Shown here in pieces: positions 58,759-62,660 of a DNA stretch of 62,660 nt. Each line of letters starts with the position of its first letter. The first letter of the stretch is position 1. The notes below the pieces were generated by a model. The model was not told the DNA's origin. It saw only the letters and a list, made by a program, of their open reading frames with translations, and did not search any database. Position numbers and translations under genes: made by a program. Origin of the DNA: Bacillota bacterium (GTDB taxonomy: Bacteria > Bacillota_I > Bacilli_A > RFN20 > CAG-826); the NCBI GenBank assembly GCA_036788815.1, contig DAIQMS010000004.1, positions 1 to 62,660 of the forward strand, in the 5' to 3' direction.

Positions 58759-59289
58759 ATGATTAAGGCGAAGTATCTCCCCACCTATACCGCTCATTCC
58801 TTTTACGAGATACCTTCCTCGTTCTATCTCGAGCAGGGATTGAAGAACATCTTGCTCGACCTCGACAACACCTTAGCCCCTTATAAGGAAAAGGAGCCGA
58901 GCGAAGAAACCAAAGCCTGGGTGAGCTCTCTTCAAAAAGAAGGGCTCCATCTCTATATCGCGTCGAATAACACCTCCAAGCGGGTGACCCGTTACGCCAA
59001 ACTCCTGGGCGTCAAAGCCCTCTCGGGTCTCCTCAAGCCCTTTGCCTTCCGGCTCAAACGGATCCTCAAAGAGCAGGGCTTCGTGAAAAACGAGACCGTT
59101 CTGATCGGCGATCAGATCATGACCGACGTCGTGAGCGCCAACCATTCAGGGATTCGAAGCATCCTGACGGATCCGCTCTCGCCGAAGGAACCTTGGGTGA
59201 CGAAGTGGAATCGGCTCTTCGATACGCCCAAGCGAAAAAAGATGATGAAGGGGCATCTCGTCCCCTCGTGGAAGGAGAAAAAAGAATGA
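58759..59289 (+). CDS. yqeG: YqeG HAD-IIIA phosphatase
   Basis: LDLDNTL, SNN, KP, IGDQIMTDV. Confidence 0.92.
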   Translation: MIKAKYLPTYTAHSFYEIPSSFYLEQGLKNILLDLDNTLAPYKEKEPSEETKAWVSSLQKEGLHLYIASNNTSKRVTRYAKLLGVKALSGLLKPFAFRLKRILKEQGFVKNETVLIGDQIMTDVVSANHSGIRSILTDPLSPKEPWVTKWNRLFDTPKRKKMMKGHLVPSWKEKKE

Positions 59290-60428
59290 GTCAGCTCAAT
59301 GTGGTGAGACGCTGCTACAACTGCGGAGCCATCCTCCAAAGCGAGAAGCCGGGCGAAGAAGGCTATATCGCTCAGAAGATTCTCGAGAACAGCCCGCTCG
59401 ATCAGATTCTTTTCTGTGAGCATTGCTACCACGAGAACAAGTTCAATCTCACCCCGCAAGAAGCGCTCGTGAGCCCCGACTTCCTCACGATGCTCTCCGA
59501 TGCGAAAGCCTCGGATGCCTTGATCGTTTATGTGGTGGATCTCTTCAGTTTCGAATGCTCCTTCTCGAGCAAAGTGAACGAGATCATTCGTTCTTTGCCG
59601 CTCGTGATTTTGGCCAATAAGCGCGACTTGATGCCGAAAGAAGCCAAAGACGAGGATTTACGGGAGTACGTCGCTCACCGCTTCCGGGCCTCAGGGCTTC
59701 CGGCGCAGAAAGAAGACGTCGTCCTGGTGAGTCTCTCTTCCTTGGGCGATACTTCGGAAGCCGCCAAATTGATCGAAGAGAAACGGCGGCGGCACGATGT
59801 TTATATCATCGGCTCGGTCGGGGCGGGAAAAACCCTCTTCTTATCGAGCTTCCTTCATGATTACACCAATCGTTCGTCCCGCTCGATCGTGACGGGCGAA
59901 TATCCTTCGACCCACCTTCGGGTCATGCAGATCCCGCTCGATTCGTCTTCGAGCATCTACGACACTCCGGGGACCGGGAACGAGAATTCGCTCTGCGGGC
60001 ACGATAGCGCCTTAGCGAGAGCTCTCACCCCGAGCGCTGCCCTCAAAGGCCGCGACTTCGTCTTAGAAGAAGGCTCGTCCCTTTGGATCGGTGGCTTAGC
60101 CCGAATTGACCTCCTCAAATCGGAGAAGAAAGTGACCGTCCGGGCCTATTGCGCGGACGCGGTCGACATCAAGCGGATCCATCCGAACAAGAAGATGGAC
60201 GATGACTACAAGAAATCGCTCGAAAAGGGATCCTTAGCCCCCGCCTGGGAAAGAGTCCATTCGCTCCATGACCTCGATATCTTTGATATCCCGGTAACGG
60301 AAACGGGCCGGCGCGACATCGGCGTGGCCGGGCTTGGCTGGTTCACCTTCGAAGGCGAAAACGAGACGTTCCGGCTTTACGTGCCGAAAGGCATCGGCGT
60401 TTATGGCTCAAGGGCCAAGGTAAAATAA
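59286..60428 (+). CDS. yqeH: Circularly permuted ribosome-biogenesis GTPase YqeH
   Basis: CYNCG...CEHC Zn finger, NKRD, GSVGAGKT, DTPG. Confidence 0.9.
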   Translation: MSQLNVVRRCYNCGAILQSEKPGEEGYIAQKILENSPLDQILFCEHCYHENKFNLTPQEALVSPDFLTMLSDAKASDALIVYVVDLFSFECSFSSKVNEIIRSLPLVILANKRDLMPKEAKDEDLREYVAHRFRASGLPAQKEDVVLVSLSSLGDTSEAAKLIEEKRRRHDVYIIGSVGAGKTLFLSSFLHDYTNRSSRSIVTGEYPSTHLRVMQIPLDSSSSIYDTPGTGNENSLCGHDSALARALTPSAALKGRDFVLEEGSSLWIGGLARIDLLKSEKKVTVRAYCADAVDIKRIHPNKKMDDDYKKSLEKGSLAPAWERVHSLHDLDIFDIPVTETGRRDIGVAGLGWFTFEGENETFRLYVPKGIGVYGSRAKVK

Positions 60429-60429
60429 T

Positions 60430-60717
60430 ATGCTCACATCCAAGAATAAAGCGTTGCTCCTCAAACTTGCGAATCCCTTAGAGCCTTCGCTCACGGTCGG
60501 AAAAGGCGAGATCGATGATCACGTCGTCGCGGTCATCGACAAAGCGCTGACCGCCCACGAGCTCATCAAGATCAAAGTGCTGACCACTCAGAAAGAGGAA
60601 TTGGCTCCCTTAGGGGAAGAAATCGCTGAGAAGAGCAAGAGCGAAGTCGTCCAAATCGTCGGGCGGATCCTCATTCTTTATCGCGCGCGCAAGGAGAATC
60701 CCTCGATCGTTCTCTAA
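60430..60717 (+). CDS. yhbY: YhbY/CRM RNA-binding protein
   Basis: MLTSKNKALL, VGKG, ALTAHELIKIK, VQIVGR. Confidence 0.92.
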   Translation: MLTSKNKALLLKLANPLEPSLTVGKGEIDDHVVAVIDKALTAHELIKIKVLTTQKEELAPLGEEIAEKSKSEVVQIVGRILILYRARKENPSIVL

Positions 60718-60719
60718 CT

Positions 60720-61829
60720 ATGGAGAAAATCATCATCTACGGCGGATCCTTCGATCCGATTCATAACGGGCACCTCCGTCTCGCAAGAGCCGCTTCTTTA
60801 CGGCTCAACGCGGACGTCGTTTTTGTCCCCGCGAAAGATCCCCGTTGGAAGAAGCCCGAGGCCTCGGCCCTCGACCGGGTGAACATGCTTCACCTCGCCC
60901 TCGATCACGATGGCTCCGGCGGCTTCAGCCTCGACCTCTGCGAGATGACGCGGCCAGGCAACATCACCTATTCGATCGACACGGTGAAGGAGTTTACGAA
61001 ACGCTACCCGAACCGCGAATTCTATTGGCTGATCGGCGCCGATGAAGTGAACAAATTCCCCAAATGGAAAAGCCCCGACGAAATGGCGTCTTTGGTCCAT
61101 TTGATCTATATCCCTCGGCCCGGAGTCGAAGTGGATCCGGCCATCTTAACGAAATATGGGATTGAGAAACTGGATTACGAAGGTTCTGGCGCGGTCTCGA
61201 GCAGCGACGTTCGGGAGCTCAAATCGATCGACGTCCCCTTAAGCGTCCTCGATTACATCGAGAAGAACGATCTTTACTTCATGAAGAAGATCGAGACCTA
61301 TATCAGCGGCCATCGGCTCGCCCATTCGCTCTCGGTGGCGCACCTGGCCTACGCGATCGCCCAACGGAATAAGCTCATCGCGCCCGATCACGCTTATATC
61401 GCCGGGCTCCTCCATGATCTTGGGAAGCACCTTTCCGAAGACGAAAGCCGCAAGATCATCACCGAGCATTTCCCGGAATACAAAGATTACCCGTCTTGGT
61501 GCTTGCACCAGTTCACGGGCGCCTATCTTGCCAAAACCGAATTCGGGATCCAAAGCGAGGACATCCTCGATGCGATCCAATACCATTGCACGGGCAAAGC
61601 CCATATGCCGCCCTTGACCAAAATCATCTATTCTTCCGATAAAATCGATCCTTCCCGAGGTTACGATTCCTCAAAGATGATCGATGCTTGCTTGAAGAAC
61701 TATTACGTCGGATTCCTCAAAGTCCTCAAGGAGAATGAGAAGTTCCTCGAAAAGCAAGGCGAGCTCGAGTCGACGCCACTATCCGATAGCTGCCGGGATC
61801 TTTATCTCGGAGAAAGAAAAACCAAATGA
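60720..61829 (+). CDS. nadD: Nicotinate-nucleotide adenylyltransferase fused to a YqeK HD-domain Ap4A hydrolase
   Basis: GGSFDPIHNGH, LIGAD, SSSDVR; then RLAHS, LLHDLGK, YHCTG, SDKID. Confidence 0.93.
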   Translation: MEKIIIYGGSFDPIHNGHLRLARAASLRLNADVVFVPAKDPRWKKPEASALDRVNMLHLALDHDGSGGFSLDLCEMTRPGNITYSIDTVKEFTKRYPNREFYWLIGADEVNKFPKWKSPDEMASLVHLIYIPRPGVEVDPAILTKYGIEKLDYEGSGAVSSSDVRELKSIDVPLSVLDYIEKNDLYFMKKIETYISGHRLAHSLSVAHLAYAIAQRNKLIAPDHAYIAGLLHDLGKHLSEDESRKIITEHFPEYKDYPSWCLHQFTGAYLAKTEFGIQSEDILDAIQYHCTGKAHMPPLTKIIYSSDKIDPSRGYDSSKMIDACLKNYYVGFLKVLKENEKFLEKQGELESTPLSDSCRDLYLGERKTK

Positions 61830-62158
61830 GACAAACCAAAGAAGTAAAGCTTATCGTTGATGTCCTCGAAGACCACAAAGCCGAAGACGTCGAGGTGGTG
61901 GACGTCAAGGAGCGGACCCCCTTCGCGGATTTCTATATTCTGGCGACCGCACCGAGCGCTAAAGCTCTCGTGGGTTATCCGGATGACATTGAAGAAGCAT
62001 TGACGAAAGCCAAATTCGAGATCCGGAAAGTGGAAGGAACACTGGAAAGCGAATGGGTGGTGGTCGACTGTGGAGCTGTCGTCGTCCAGATTTTCACCGA
62101 AAAGAAACGGCAGGAAATCGGTCTCGACGAACTTTTGAATCGTAAACTCGGCAGATAA
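61826..62158 (+). CDS. rsfS: Ribosome silencing factor
   Basis: LEDHKAEDV, ADFYILAT, EGTLESEWVVVDCG, LDEL. Confidence 0.92.
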   Translation: MRQTKEVKLIVDVLEDHKAEDVEVVDVKERTPFADFYILATAPSAKALVGYPDDIEEALTKAKFEIRKVEGTLESEWVVVDCGAVVVQIFTEKKRQEIGLDELLNRKLGR

Positions 62159-62196
62159 GAAAATCATCGTTCTACAAGCGATCAAAGATTTCGGTG

Positions 62197-62228
62197 AAGA
62201 GGCTATCAAATGACGGCCTCTTTTTTTC
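62197..62228 (+). terminator. Intrinsic terminator after rsfS
   Basis: AAGAGGC-12 nt-GCCTCTT followed by a T run. Confidence 0.65.
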
Positions 62229-62604
62229 TTTTCGGTTAAACGCAATCCAAACAAAGGAAAAAAAGAGCATTTTCGAAAAGAGAAAGAAAGCAGATCAGAA
62301 AGATGAAGCAGTGGAACAAAATGTAAGATTTAAAATATTCTAATAATGTAAACAAATTTTTCTTTCAATTTGTGCAAGCTTTTTTCTAATCATCGCGATT
62401 AATTTTAGGAATCCCCTTTGGTTTTTCCCGTTTGGGAGACCTTTTACTGATAGCCCGTTCTTGGAAGGCGATGCTGTAGTCGGGGGTTAGGCTCTCGGAG
62501 ATTTGGGGGAAAGGTCTAATGGGCTCGCTTCTCTCGGCAGTGGCTGCTCTTTTCTTTGAACTCATCCCTATCACTTCCTTTCATTATATTCCTTTTTTAT
62601 ATCT

Positions 62605-62632
62605 ACTGCGCATAATGCCCATTATGTTAATA
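62605..62632 (+). other. XerC/XerD dif-like site-specific recombination site
   Basis: ACTGCGCATAA-TGCCCA-TTATGTTAATA; 21/28 identical to E. coli dif (GGTGCGCATAA-TGTATA-TTATGTTAAAT), with the same 11-6-11 architecture. Confidence 0.8.
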
Positions 62633-62660
62633 AAAAAGAAAAGAAAAGGCTTTAATCCTT

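Overview
A 62.7 kb core-chromosome segment from a bacterium of class Bacilli. It uses the standard code, with GC by eye in the low-to-mid 50s percent. An Erysipelotrichales/RFN20-like uncultured gut lineage is my inference from gene content, including the alpha2-type GlyRS. Gene order largely follows the B. subtilis comE-holA-rpsT-lepA-hemN-hrcA-grpE-dnaK-dnaJ-rsmE-mtaB-rpsU-ybeY-cdd-era-recO-glyS-dnaG-sigA-trmK-nif3-ispH-cshB-nfo-ispG-rpmG block. It is preceded by alaS-ruvX-greA and followed by efp-yneF, plsY/parE-parC and yqeG-yqeH-yhbY-nadD-rsfS. I call 62 CDS, 54 on the + strand, including rpsU and rpmG, which the ORF track missed. I see no rRNA, tRNA, CRISPR array, transposase or phage gene. 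Non-routine signals: (1) a 48-bp ungapped motif (40/48 identical) upstream of both comEA-comEC and an NBD-less C39-peptidase membrane gene, a candidate undescribed competence regulon box; (2) a second full-length RpoD-type sigma gene translationally coupled to rpoD; (3) two tandem exported nucleases (MBL-fold and barnase-like) sharing an N-terminal module; (4) a catalytically degenerate Fic-like protein with a QLSLF clamp-binding motif, plus a QISLF motif in the ParC tail; (5) an acyl-adenylate ligase-ACP fusion coupled to cysK-cysE; (6) a XerCD dif-like site at the right end; (7) several apparently leaderless genes. All assignments come from motif recognition by eye; no database searches were run.
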